DNA of 63,494 nt, filler included, from Candidatus Babelota bacterium (GTDB lineage: Bacteria; JAGOBX01): the NCBI GenBank assembly GCA_017999075.1. It is 6 parts of 6 records of this genome, joined end to end, with 100 filler letters (N's around TTAATTAATTAA, not from the genome) between each part and the next. Parts side by side here need not be neighbours in the genome. Positions count along the whole stretch, not along the records: positions 1 to 10,722 come from JAGOBX010000080.1; positions 10,823 to 21,321 come from JAGOBX010000081.1; 4 more parts are not named here. One strand, 5' to 3'. A model generated the notes under the pieces. It had not been told where the DNA came from. It was given only the letters and a program-made list of their open reading frames with translations, and searched no databases. The position numbers were made by a program, and so were the translations under genes. Positions 10,704 to 19,845 of this stretch are shown here, one piece after another (within the stretch, counting starts at the first letter, position 1; every line of letters begins with the position of its first letter).

Positions 10704-10722
10704 CTGCCTCTTATAAACATCT
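10704..10722 (+). other. Tn5 mosaic-end/Nextera adapter remnant
   Basis: CTGCCTCTTATAAACATCT matches CTGTCTCTTATACACATCT at 17/19 positions and ends exactly at the contig end. Confidence 0.85.
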
Positions 10723-10822
10723 NNNNNNNNNNNNNNNNNNNNNNNNNNNNNNNNNNNNNNNNNNNNTTAATTAATTAANNNNNNNNNNNNNNNNNNNNNN
10801 NNNNNNNNNNNNNNNNNNNNNN
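10723..10822. other. Artificial contig spacer
   Basis: N44-TTAATTAATTAA-N44; the linker gives stops in all six frames. Confidence 0.99.
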
Positions 10823-11159
10823 GATTTATACAATTTATTATTCTGTCTATAATATAATTGCTGACAGATTCATGAAACGAACCGTGATTCCTGAAACTGA
10901 ATAAAAATAATTTTAAAGATTTTGATTCTATGCAGTATTTATCAGGAATGTAATCAATAATTATATTGCCGAAATCCGGTTGTCCCGTTATCGGGCATAA
11001 TGAAGTGAATTCAGGAGCATTAAATCTTATAACATAATCTCTTGATTTTATTTCATTTGTGAATTTTTCGAGTTTGGCGTTTTCCGGATTATCAGGATAC
11101 CGGATATTTTTATTTTTTAAAATTGTTAAGTTTGAATTTTTTGTTTTTTGTTTTTTCAT
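10823..11159 (-). CDS. queF: NADPH-dependent preQ0 reductase QueF, type I (3'-truncated)
   Basis: [30 protein letters not shown]. Confidence 0.95.
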
Positions 11160-11265
11160 TTGAGTCCCTTGAAAAATTTAATTAATGACAAACATATAAT
11201 AGTATTATATAATTTTATATAATTTAGTATTAAAAAACAATAATTAATTTTTTTGGAGTTTTATA

Positions 11266-12423
11266 ATGCAATATTTGACATCCGGAGAATCTCACGGAAA
11301 AGAATTAACTGTAATAATCAATAAAATTCCTTCAGGGATTAAATTTGATATTGATTATATTAATTTTGAACTTGCGCGCAGGCAGTCAGGATATGGACGC
11401 GGAAAAAGAATGCAGATAGAAACTGATAAAGTTGAAGTTACTTCCGGAGTAAGATTCGGCAAAACTACAGGATCCCCTGTTACAATGAAAATATCCAATA
11501 AAGATTGGGATAACTGGCTTGAAAGAATGTCTGTTTTGCCTGTTAAAAAACAGATTGCTAAACTGACTATACCCCGGCCCGGACATACTGATTATGCGGG
11601 TTTGATGAAATATTTTGACGATGATATAAGGAATATGCTTGAACGCAGTTCTGCAAGAGAAACTGCAGGACGTGTAGCTATAGGAGCATTCAGTAAAATG
11701 GTTTTAAAAGATTTTAATGTGGAAACATTAAGTCATACCATATCAATAGGGAAAATTTGTATCAATAAAAAATATTCGGTTGATGAAATTAAATCTGTAT
11801 ATAATGATAATTGTTTGAGATGCATAGATAAAAATGTTGAAAAAAAAATGATTAGTCTTATTGATAAAATAAAAAAAGAAGGAAATTCAGTCGGCGGAAT
11901 TTTTGAAGTTATTATTTTTAATCTTATTCCCGGCATAGGAAGTCATGTTCAATATAACACAAAATTAGACGCTAAACTTGCTTCTTCCATAATTTCCATA
12001 CAGGGAGTTAAAGCAATAGAATTCGGTATTGGTTTCAGAGGCACTGTTTTAAAAGGGTCAGAATATCACGATCAGTTCGGGTATGAAAATAAAAAAGTGA
12101 CGCGTTTATCAAATAATTGCGGAGGTATAGAAGGTGGCATATCTAATGGAGAACCTATTGTTTTCAGAGCGGCAATGAAACCCATCCCGACTTTAGTAAA
12201 TCCTCTTCAATCTATAGATTTAAATGGGTTCGCAGTAAAAAAAACTTTTGTAGAACGTTCTGATGTTTGTGTTGTTCCTGCTGCAGGTGTAGTCGCTGAA
12301 TCTTGCGCGTCAACTGTAGTGCTGGATTCGGTTTTAGAAGAATTCGGATACGACAATATAAGTTTTATAAAAAAACGTTATTTTGACAAGTTGAAAATGA
12401 TTAAAAAAAAATATAGGTTTTAA
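11266..12423 (+). CDS. aroC: Chorismate synthase
   Basis: TSGESHG, RRQSGYGRGKRM, PRPGHTD, ERSSARETA, GGIEGGISNG, KPIPTL, ERSDVC. Confidence 0.97.
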   Translation: MQYLTSGESHGKELTVIINKIPSGIKFDIDYINFELARRQSGYGRGKRMQIETDKVEVTSGVRFGKTTGSPVTMKISNKDWDNWLERMSVLPVKKQIAKLTIPRPGHTDYAGLMKYFDDDIRNMLERSSARETAGRVAIGAFSKMVLKDFNVETLSHTISIGKICINKKYSVDEIKSVYNDNCLRCIDKNVEKKMISLIDKIKKEGNSVGGIFEVIIFNLIPGIGSHVQYNTKLDAKLASSIISIQGVKAIEFGIGFRGTVLKGSEYHDQFGYENKKVTRLSNNCGGIEGGISNGEPIVFRAAMKPIPTLVNPLQSIDLNGFAVKKTFVERSDVCVVPAAGVVAESCASTVVLDSVLEEFGYDNISFIKKRYFDKLKMIKKKYRF

Positions 12424-12476
12424 ATAAAACAATCGTATAAATTTTAAATTGATAATACTGTTTGGATAATTGACTT

Positions 12477-13031
12477 ATGAAATTCAGTAAAGATGCATGG
12501 GAAAATATTTATAAAAGAAGTTGGAAAGACGGATTAGGCGAGTTTATATGCGATATCATAAAATTTATCCCGCGCGGAATAAAACACGATTCCTGTTTAA
12601 ATAAAATCCGCAGATATATATATAAATTATGCGGAATTGAAATAGGATTGAGGTCATACATATATCATGGGGTTACAACTATCTGTCCTTCAAATATAAA
12701 AATAGGGAATGATAGTTTTATAAATTACGGAGGATTATTGTCGGCATATTCTGATATAAAAATAGGGAATAGAGTTTCTATCGGATATAATTGTTCTATT
12801 ATTACAGAAAGTCATAATCTCGAGTCACCTGATTTTGAAATTGAAATTAAACCGATTATTATTGAAGATAATGTGTGGATAGGTTCTGATGTTACGCTGC
12901 TGCCTGGAACGCATATTTTTGAAGGCGCTGTTATAGCTGCAGGTTCGGTTGTAAAAGGCAATGTTGATAAATATTGCGTGTTTGCCGGAATTCCTGCAAA
13001 AAAAATTAAAGAGCGAAAAATAAAACAATGA
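12477..13031 (+). CDS. Hexapeptide-repeat (LbH) sugar O-acyltransferase
   Basis: IKIGNDSFIN, IKIGNRVSIG, IEDNVWIGSDVTLLPG, GIPAK. Confidence 0.9.
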   Translation: MKFSKDAWENIYKRSWKDGLGEFICDIIKFIPRGIKHDSCLNKIRRYIYKLCGIEIGLRSYIYHGVTTICPSNIKIGNDSFINYGGLLSAYSDIKIGNRVSIGYNCSIITESHNLESPDFEIEIKPIIIEDNVWIGSDVTLLPGTHIFEGAVIAAGSVVKGNVDKYCVFAGIPAKKIKERKIKQ

Positions 13032-14284
13032 ATATTTTAGTTGTTGCCCCGTATTTGCCTTATCCTCTTGATGAAGGAGGAAAAATAAGAATATTTAATT
13101 TAATGTATAATTTGTCGAAGGCAGGACATAATATAGATTTTATTTCATTGATTTATTCTGAATCTGAAAAAATATATGTTGAAGTTATGAAAGAATTCTG
13201 CCGGGAAGTTAAAGTGATATATCATTGCCCGCCGCCAAGAAGTTCTAATCTTATAAATAAAACGTCCCGCGCTTTGTTTGCTTTGCCTGACTTGATAACA
13301 AAACGGTATAATAAAGAAATGCAGGATGCAATAGATAAACAATTAGACGCTAATAAATATGACATTATAAATATTGAACAATTATATTGTACTCAATATT
13401 TTCTTAAAAAAAATTTAAATAACCTTGTTTTATCCGAGCATAATATAGAATCAGAAATTTTTTACAGATATGTGAATACAAAAGATGCCATCAAAGATTT
13501 ACAGATTTCAAAATGGTGGCTCAGAAATTGGCTGGAAGTTGAAAAACTCAAGTCTTATGAAAAAAAAATATGGAATAAAATCAGGAATATTATAACTGTA
13601 TCTGAACGAGATAAAAATTATATAAATGAAATCCTTAATGTATGCAATATAGAAATCATTACCAATGGAGTAGATTTAAAAGATTTTAATAAATCCTACT
13701 GCATGAAAAATGGCGACAAAAATTTTGATTTATTAGGGAGATTTAAAAATGATTTTAAACTTGTATATACAGGATCGTTCACTCATTATCCCAATACTGA
13801 TGCAGTAATATATTTTTACCACAATATATTTCTTGAATTAAAAAAAAATATTCCGAATATAAAATTTTTTGTCGTGGGGAAAAATCCGTATCCTGACTTG
13901 ATAAAATTGAACGAGGATAAAGATGTTATTGTTACAGGATACGTTGATGATGTAAGACCGTATATTTATTCAAGCGATGTATTTATAACTCCATTGCGGA
14001 TAGGAGGAGGGTCAAGACTAAAAATCCTGCAGGCTATGGGTATGGGGAAATGCGTTGTGGCAACTACTATAGGAGCTGAAGGAATAGATTGCGAAAATAA
14101 AAAAAATATTATGATAGCTGATTCTCCGGAAGAATGGATTGAGACATTAACCCAATTAAATGCAGACCGGGAAATATGCCGGACAATTGGAAATAATTCT
14201 TGCGACCTTGTTTATTCAAAATATTCATGGGATTCAATCTCTTTAAAACTTATCGATTTTTTTAGCAAATTGGCGAAAGTATGA
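13028..14284 (+). CDS. GT4 family glycosyltransferase
   Basis: PYPLDEGGKIR, EHNIE, NGVD, PLRIGGGSRLKILQAM, TTIGAEGI. Confidence 0.9.
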   Translation: MNILVVAPYLPYPLDEGGKIRIFNLMYNLSKAGHNIDFISLIYSESEKIYVEVMKEFCREVKVIYHCPPPRSSNLINKTSRALFALPDLITKRYNKEMQDAIDKQLDANKYDIINIEQLYCTQYFLKKNLNNLVLSEHNIESEIFYRYVNTKDAIKDLQISKWWLRNWLEVEKLKSYEKKIWNKIRNIITVSERDKNYINEILNVCNIEIITNGVDLKDFNKSYCMKNGDKNFDLLGRFKNDFKLVYTGSFTHYPNTDAVIYFYHNIFLELKKNIPNIKFFVVGKNPYPDLIKLNEDKDVIVTGYVDDVRPYIYSSDVFITPLRIGGGSRLKILQAMGMGKCVVATTIGAEGIDCENKKNIMIADSPEEWIETLTQLNADREICRTIGNNSCDLVYSKYSWDSISLKLIDFFSKLAKV

Positions 14285-15849
14285 CTTTAAATAATAAACA
14301 TATCATCTTGCTGATTTTCCCTGTTTTTATTTATTGGATTATTTTATTGTTTAATGTTGGACACACCTGGGATGAATCATATTTTACAATATCCTCTCAA
14401 AATCATTATTATTTTTTTGAAGAAATATTCAGTAAAATAAAAAATAATAAGATAAATTCGTTCGGAAATATTTTTAACAAAACCTATTTTCAAAAATATT
14501 TTTCATATACTCCGGAACATCCTTCTTTTTTTAATCTGTTCGGAGGGCTACTTTTGTATATATCTGCAAAGTTCGGAATGAAATCATTCTATATGCTTCA
14601 AGTATTCAGATTATCAAATCTGATACTTTTATTTGTTTTTATTATATTTTGTAAAAAAATACTTGAAAATTCAAACAAAAATTTTGTGTTAGCCTTTTCT
14701 TCATTGATATGTTTATTGTTTTTTAATCCGAGATTTATGACTTTTTCAGTTATGGCAACATCTGATTTCTGTATGACAACATTCACTTTTATATCAGCAT
14801 ATTATTACTTATCTGACAATAACTGTTCTAAAAAAAATATATTTTTTTCTGCGTTATTCTGCGGGCTTGCCGGCGCTTCGAAAATTTCAGGGTTATTTAT
14901 TTTACCTGTCATATTACTGCATTTACTGCTCGTTAATCATAAAAATTTTTTAAGATATGCTGCGGTTTATATAATTATTGTTCCTGTTGTAACTTTTATA
15001 TTTTATCCTGTGTTATGGCTTGATATTTTTTCGGGAATAAAATTTCTTTCAGGATTTTTTTTAAAACATTATCAAAATTATGTTTTATATTTCGGAAAAA
15101 TTTACTCTCCTGAAACAGGACCTGCGCCGTTTCATTATCCTTTATTTTATCTGGTTTTCGGAAATCCTGAGATTTTTGTAATATTATTTTTTTCAGCGCT
15201 CATATATTCTAAAAAATATTTTACAAAAATGAACTTTTTCTTTTTATTATATATTTTTATGCTGTTTATAATGCTTATGAAGCCCGGTTCTCCGTCTTAC
15301 GATGAAATAAAATTATTTTTGCCTGCTATGCCTTTTATGTGTTTGCTTTGTTTGAAACCTTTAGAAAAATTTATTGCGTGTTTTAAAAAAATGAAATATA
15401 AAATTCTTATTTTTTTATGTTTTGTTTTTTTTTCAGTTTATCCTGCGATTAATAATTTGAAATATCCGACATTATATTACAACATATTAGCGCCTTCTTT
15501 AAAATCTCTAGAAAAAATTGGTTTTGATATTGATATCCGGGGAGAATTATTCTCGAGCGATGTTATTAAAATTTTGAATTCTTCGGATAAAAATGAATTA
15601 TCCATAAGAATAGCCGGCCAGGAACCTTCTATTTTTAATGTTTATAATTCTTATTATAAAGTATTTAATAAAAGAGTCGAATGTTCACTTTTTCAGACAA
15701 AATTTGATTATCTGATTTTATTAAATCATAAAAGTTTATTTCAAAAAGTAGATCATTATTATTGGGATAATATAAAACCTGAAGCTACGGTTAAATATAA
15801 AGGAGTTACGTTGTATTCTGTATATAAAATTAATACACCAGGACATTGA
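14281..15849 (+). CDS. Multi-pass GT-C fold glycosyltransferase (ArnT/GT39-like)
   Basis: TWDE acidic motif after TM1, EHP, GLAGASKISG, about 11 hydrophobic segments and a soluble C-terminal domain. Confidence 0.7.
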   Translation: MTLNNKHIILLIFPVFIYWIILLFNVGHTWDESYFTISSQNHYYFFEEIFSKIKNNKINSFGNIFNKTYFQKYFSYTPEHPSFFNLFGGLLLYISAKFGMKSFYMLQVFRLSNLILLFVFIIFCKKILENSNKNFVLAFSSLICLLFFNPRFMTFSVMATSDFCMTTFTFISAYYYLSDNNCSKKNIFFSALFCGLAGASKISGLFILPVILLHLLLVNHKNFLRYAAVYIIIVPVVTFIFYPVLWLDIFSGIKFLSGFFLKHYQNYVLYFGKIYSPETGPAPFHYPLFYLVFGNPEIFVILFFSALIYSKKYFTKMNFFFLLYIFMLFIMLMKPGSPSYDEIKLFLPAMPFMCLLCLKPLEKFIACFKKMKYKILIFLCFVFFSVYPAINNLKYPTLYYNILAPSLKSLEKIGFDIDIRGELFSSDVIKILNSSDKNELSIRIAGQEPSIFNVYNSYYKVFNKRVECSLFQTKFDYLILLNHKSLFQKVDHYYWDNIKPEATVKYKGVTLYSVYKINTPGH

Positions 15850-15874
15850 ATTTTTTTTAATTGTATGTTATAAA
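15846..15874 (+). promoter_or_regulatory. Putative sigma70 promoter of the cyclase-RDD/lemA block
   Basis: TTGAAT-17 nt-TATAAA with a TGn extended -10. The AT-rich background lowers certainty. Confidence 0.35.
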
Positions 15875-15908
15875 AATATTATAAGTTGAGTTTGTCATTG
15901 GATGAAAA

Positions 15909-16850
15909 ATGGAAACTAAAAATTTAACAATAATGTTTACTGATATAAAAGGATTTACCAGCAGGACATCGAATCAGTCCCGGGAAGAAACTCTGGCTTT
16001 ATTAAAAATGCATGATGAATTGGTAAGGCCGATTCTGCTGCAGCATAAAGGAAATATAATAAAAACAATAGGCGACGCTTTTTTGGCTGTTTTTGACAGT
16101 CCGACAAACGCATTATTATCTGGAATAGCTATTCAGAAAAATTTAAATAAATATAATAGGACAGTTGAACAGAATAAACAAATAGAATTAAGAGTTGCAA
16201 TAAATTCCGGCGAAGTGATTATATCTGAAAATGATGTTTATGGCGAACCTGTAAACATTGCGGCAAGAATAGAGAATATTGCTGAAAAAAATGAAATATA
16301 TTTTACTGAAGCTGTTTATTTATCTATGAATAAAAGTGAAGTTCCTTCCTGTGAAATAGGATATAGAATATTGAAAGGGATTCCGAATAAAATAAAAGTA
16401 TATAAAGTTTTATATGAAAATGAAATTGAACCCGGGTTAAAAGTTGATTCTAAAAAATATTCAGAAGTAGTTATAAATAATTATGATACTGCTCACTGGG
16501 GATGGAGATTAGCATCATTTTTAATTGATTTGATAATAATGGGAATAATATCGCGGGGATTATTTCATAAACCTAAACTCCATATAATTGCACAAGCTTT
16601 ATATTTTATCGGATTCTGGTCATGGCAGGGAGCTACGCCTGGAAAAATGATTATCAATCTAAAAATTGTAGATAAAGAAACATTTGAAATAATAACTTTT
16701 AAGAAAGCGGTATTAAGATTTTTGGGTTATATACTATCAATATTAACTTTGGGATTAGGTTTTTTATGGATAATCTGGGATAAGGAAAATCAGGGGTTTC
16801 ACGATAAATTGGCTAAAACTTATGTGTTAAAAAAAAATAAATCGAAATAG
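15909..16850 (+). CDS. Class III adenylate cyclase fused to a C-terminal RDD membrane domain
   Basis: Cyclase motifs MFTDIKGFT, IKTIGDAFL and DVYGEPVNIAAR. RDD motifs WRLASFLID, GATPGKM and QGFHDKLAKTYV. Confidence 0.88.
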   Translation: METKNLTIMFTDIKGFTSRTSNQSREETLALLKMHDELVRPILLQHKGNIIKTIGDAFLAVFDSPTNALLSGIAIQKNLNKYNRTVEQNKQIELRVAINSGEVIISENDVYGEPVNIAARIENIAEKNEIYFTEAVYLSMNKSEVPSCEIGYRILKGIPNKIKVYKVLYENEIEPGLKVDSKKYSEVVINNYDTAHWGWRLASFLIDLIIMGIISRGLFHKPKLHIIAQALYFIGFWSWQGATPGKMIINLKIVDKETFEIITFKKAVLRFLGYILSILTLGLGFLWIIWDKENQGFHDKLAKTYVLKKNKSK

Positions 16851-16917
16851 AGTCATTAGTTGCATTATTAATTGACCACAAAAATATAAATATTTTTTTA
16901 TTTGAGGAGATTGGATT

Positions 16918-17490
16918 ATGTTAAAAAAAATTTTACTGATTGGATTTGGTGTAATTATTCTGTTTTTGCTTTTTACATATTTTTATGTTAAAGGGAAATA
17001 TAATAATTTTGTAAAACTGGATGAAGAAGTCAAAACCCAGTGGGCTGTAGTTGAAAGTAAATATCAGAGAAGACTTGATTTGATACCTAATCTTGTAAAT
17101 TCAGTAAAAGGATTTATGCAGCAGGAAAAAGATGTTTTTGGGAAAATAGCTGATGCGCGGAGCGCTATGGCAGGCGCCAAAAGTATTACTGAAAAAATAA
17201 ATGCTTCAAATCAGTTGGAATCCGCACTTGGAAGACTGCTTGTAGTTATGGAAAATTATCCTGCATTAAAATCGAATGAAACTGTTCTGAGCCTAATGGC
17301 TGAACTTTCCGGAACTGAAAACAGAATTTCGGTTGAACGCGACAGGTATAATCAGGCTGTTAAAAATTACAGCATATCAGTAAGAACGTTTCCGGACAAT
17401 TTATTTGCATCTATGTTTGGATTTAAAAATGAATATCAAATGTTTAAAGCTGAAGAAGAAGCGGCTAAAGCCCCCAAGGTGCAGTTTTGA
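16918..17490 (+). CDS. lemA: LemA family protein
   Basis: N-terminal TM; QRRLDLIPNLVNSVKG, ENYPALK, ENRISVERDRYN. Confidence 0.95.
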   Translation: MLKKILLIGFGVIILFLLFTYFYVKGKYNNFVKLDEEVKTQWAVVESKYQRRLDLIPNLVNSVKGFMQQEKDVFGKIADARSAMAGAKSITEKINASNQLESALGRLLVVMENYPALKSNETVLSLMAELSGTENRISVERDRYNQAVKNYSISVRTFPDNLFASMFGFKNEYQMFKAEEEAAKAPKVQF

Positions 17491-18218
17491 TTGTGAAAAT
17501 AAAATATGCGATTGAGTTATTTTTGATTTTTCTGATTTTTTGCGGATTCAATATTCCGGATAAACCTGTTGGATATGTTAATGATTATGCTGGAATTTTG
17601 AAGAGTGGTGAAGTGGAAGAATTAAATTTGGTATTATCTAAATTTGATTCTCAAACCTCAACGCAGATATTTGTAGCTGTTTTTAATTCGCTTGACGGAG
17701 AAAACCTTGAATATGCTTCAATTAAAATTGCAGAAAAATGGAAACCCGGAGATAAAAACAATAATAATGGAGTTTTACTTGCTGTTTTTTTGCAAGATAG
17801 AAAAATAAGGATTGAAACAGGATATGGACTTGAATCTAAATTCACAGATGCAATAGCATCGCAGATTATAAGAAACTATATAGCGCCTGAATTTAAGAAG
17901 AATAATTATTACCTTGGAATTAAAAATGGAATTGAATCTATAATACAGGTTACTAAAGGAGAATTTAAGAATACCGGGAGAAAAAATTATAAGCCTTCTG
18001 TTTTTGATATGATAGTTCTGGTTTTTGGAATTTTAGTTTTTTTAATAATAATAATTAAAAATCCAGGGTTGTTTGCTGCTGCTGCTGCTATGTCATACGG
18101 TTCTTCAGGAAGAAACAGAACATCAGGAGGTTCAGGATTCGGTTCTTTTGGTGGCGGCGGTTTTTCAGGAGGCGGCGGCGGAAGTTTCGGCGGCGGCGGA
18201 GCATCAGGCGGATGGTAA
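17487..18218 (+). CDS. TPM domain (YgcG/DUF477) membrane protein with Gly-rich tail
   Basis: VNDYAGIL, NGVLLAV, RIETGYGLE; C-terminal GGGGSFGGGGASGGW. Confidence 0.93.
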   Translation: MIVKIKYAIELFLIFLIFCGFNIPDKPVGYVNDYAGILKSGEVEELNLVLSKFDSQTSTQIFVAVFNSLDGENLEYASIKIAEKWKPGDKNNNNGVLLAVFLQDRKIRIETGYGLESKFTDAIASQIIRNYIAPEFKKNNYYLGIKNGIESIIQVTKGEFKNTGRKNYKPSVFDMIVLVFGILVFLIIIIKNPGLFAAAAAMSYGSSGRNRTSGGSGFGSFGGGGFSGGGGGSFGGGGASGGW

Positions 18219-18245
18219 ATTATTGTGAAGGCATTCTGAACTTTG

Positions 18246-19418
18246 ATGGCTGAACATAAAAAAAAACATATTTGTATAACCATATTATTATTTTGCATAC
18301 TAATAATAATATATTTTTACGGATTTCAGAAATTAAATCAATATAAGGAAAAATCATTATATTTTGAAGATTTTTTTGCTCAGTATGAAGCTGCTAAAAA
18401 TTATAAGGTTTTTTTCAGGCCATACCCGCCAACTACTTCTTTAATATATATTCCGTTTATTAAAATCAAATATGAAATAGCGGCGGACATTTTTTTTTAT
18501 ATCAATATAATAATTTTAATAACATGTTTGTTTCTTGCCGGAAGCCTGATCGGATTAAAAAAAATCACAGAATGGAATTTATTGATTTTTCTTTCAATAT
18601 TATTTTTGCCTTTTTTCCATTCTATAATTTACGGACAAATAAATCTTCTAATTCTTTTAATTTTGATGATGATAATAAAAATTGATTTGTCCGAGGGAAT
18701 ACCTGTTCATATAAAAAATTGTTTAATCGGAGCTCTGATATCTTCTGGCGCCATGATAAAACTTTTTCCTGCGTTTATGATTTTGTTTTTTTTAATAAAA
18801 AAAAGGTTTTCGGTTTTAATATATGTGTTTTTATTTTCTCTTTTTTTTATTTGTTTAACTATATGGATTTATGATTTGAATACATGGGTTTATTATATAA
18901 AAGAGGTAGTGCCGGTAACTTCTAAATCGTGGGTTATTTTAACAGTAAATAATCAATCGCTGCTAAGTTTGATTACAAGATTGCTTGGGCGTTCACTGGA
19001 ATTTGGAGTTTCATCAGCGGTATATATTCCTGCATTAATAAAACCTGTATATTTTTTTATTGCAATTGCTTATATCATTGTTTACTATTATTTTTTTCAA
19101 AAAACTAAAATAATCCTTCACCAATACTGCATAACGATTTTAACCGGTATTCTTATATTCGGATTGAATTGGCATCATACCTTTTCATTTGTGTTTTTTC
19201 CCGCAGTATATGGACTCTATTATTTATTATTAAACAAAGAACACAACATAACGCAATATTTTATATGGGCGGCAGGTTTTATATTATTAATTGTAAAAAT
19301 AGATTTTTCGGTTTATAAAATTCACGGATTCATGCATTTAATTACTATCCCGGCATATTACGGGTCATTGATTATTTTACTCTTATATTTTTTTATGATA
19401 AAAATAAATGCGCGTTAA
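18246..19418 (+). CDS. GT87-like (DUF2029) membrane glycosyltransferase
   Basis: DF..Y, PYPP, GQIN, IKLFP and NQSL motifs; polytopic membrane protein. Confidence 0.8.
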   Translation: MAEHKKKHICITILLFCILIIIYFYGFQKLNQYKEKSLYFEDFFAQYEAAKNYKVFFRPYPPTTSLIYIPFIKIKYEIAADIFFYINIIILITCLFLAGSLIGLKKITEWNLLIFLSILFLPFFHSIIYGQINLLILLILMMIIKIDLSEGIPVHIKNCLIGALISSGAMIKLFPAFMILFFLIKKRFSVLIYVFLFSLFFICLTIWIYDLNTWVYYIKEVVPVTSKSWVILTVNNQSLLSLITRLLGRSLEFGVSSAVYIPALIKPVYFFIAIAYIIVYYYFFQKTKIILHQYCITILTGILIFGLNWHHTFSFVFFPAVYGLYYLLLNKEHNITQYFIWAAGFILLIVKIDFSVYKIHGFMHLITIPAYYGSLIILLLYFFMIKINAR

Positions 19419-19845
19419 ACATCATTTAATCACTTCTATTCCTATAACATTTCTTTCTTATTATTTTACTTTTGATCAAAATATTGCTTTTACGGCATTA
19501 TTATCCCATATATTTATTGATTTGGATCATTTTCCGGATTATTTTATACACTGCTTTAATAAAAAAGAAAAAATATCGCTAAAAAATTTTTTTAAAGTAT
19601 GTTATAATTGCGAACTTGGAAAAATTTTTTTAATATTGCATAGTTATGAACTTTTTTTTGTTTTATGTGTAATTAGTTTTTTTATTGCAAATGAGATAAT
19701 CTTCGGTATTATAATTGGAGGATTGTCGCATTTATTTCTTGACACTATTTTCAACAATTGCAATAGACTTGCATATTTTTTCGGTTACAGATTTTTGAAT
19801 AATTTTTCGCCGGACAGTTTTTATGAAAAAAGTAATTCTCGTTAA
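19408..19845 (+). CDS. Small membrane protein resembling YdjM-type metal-dependent hydrolases
   Basis: His/Asp motifs KHH, IDLDH, LHSYE and HLFLD among TM segments. Confidence 0.55.
   Translation: MRVKHHLITSIPITFLSYYFTFDQNIAFTALLSHIFIDLDHFPDYFIHCFNKKEKISLKNFFKVCYNCELGKIFLILHSYELFFVLCVISFFIANEIIFGIIIGGLSHLFLDTIFNNCNRLAYFFGYRFLNNFSPDSFYEKSNSR

Noticed and set aside
10498-11159. Apparent queD-queF queuosine cluster
   Set aside because: The genes lie on different contigs separated by an artificial spacer. Contigs are ordered by decreasing length (at least 10722, then 10499, 10488, 10476, 10414, at least 10395), so the adjacency is not evidence of linkage.
11160-11265. preQ1 riboswitch upstream of queF
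   Set aside because: No preQ1-I stem or loop consensus on the minus strand; it is an AT-rich divergent promoter region only.
15909-16850. Pycsar/CBASS-like anti-phage cyclase with membrane effector
   Set aside because: The specificity residues are those of ordinary adenylate cyclases, and the neighbours (lemA, TPM, glycosyltransferases) are not defence-island genes.
18120-18218. GC-rich GGC repeat island
   Set aside because: It is the normal Gly-rich C-terminal tail of TPM/YgcG proteins; the antisense Pro-rich ORF 17987-18298 is its shadow.
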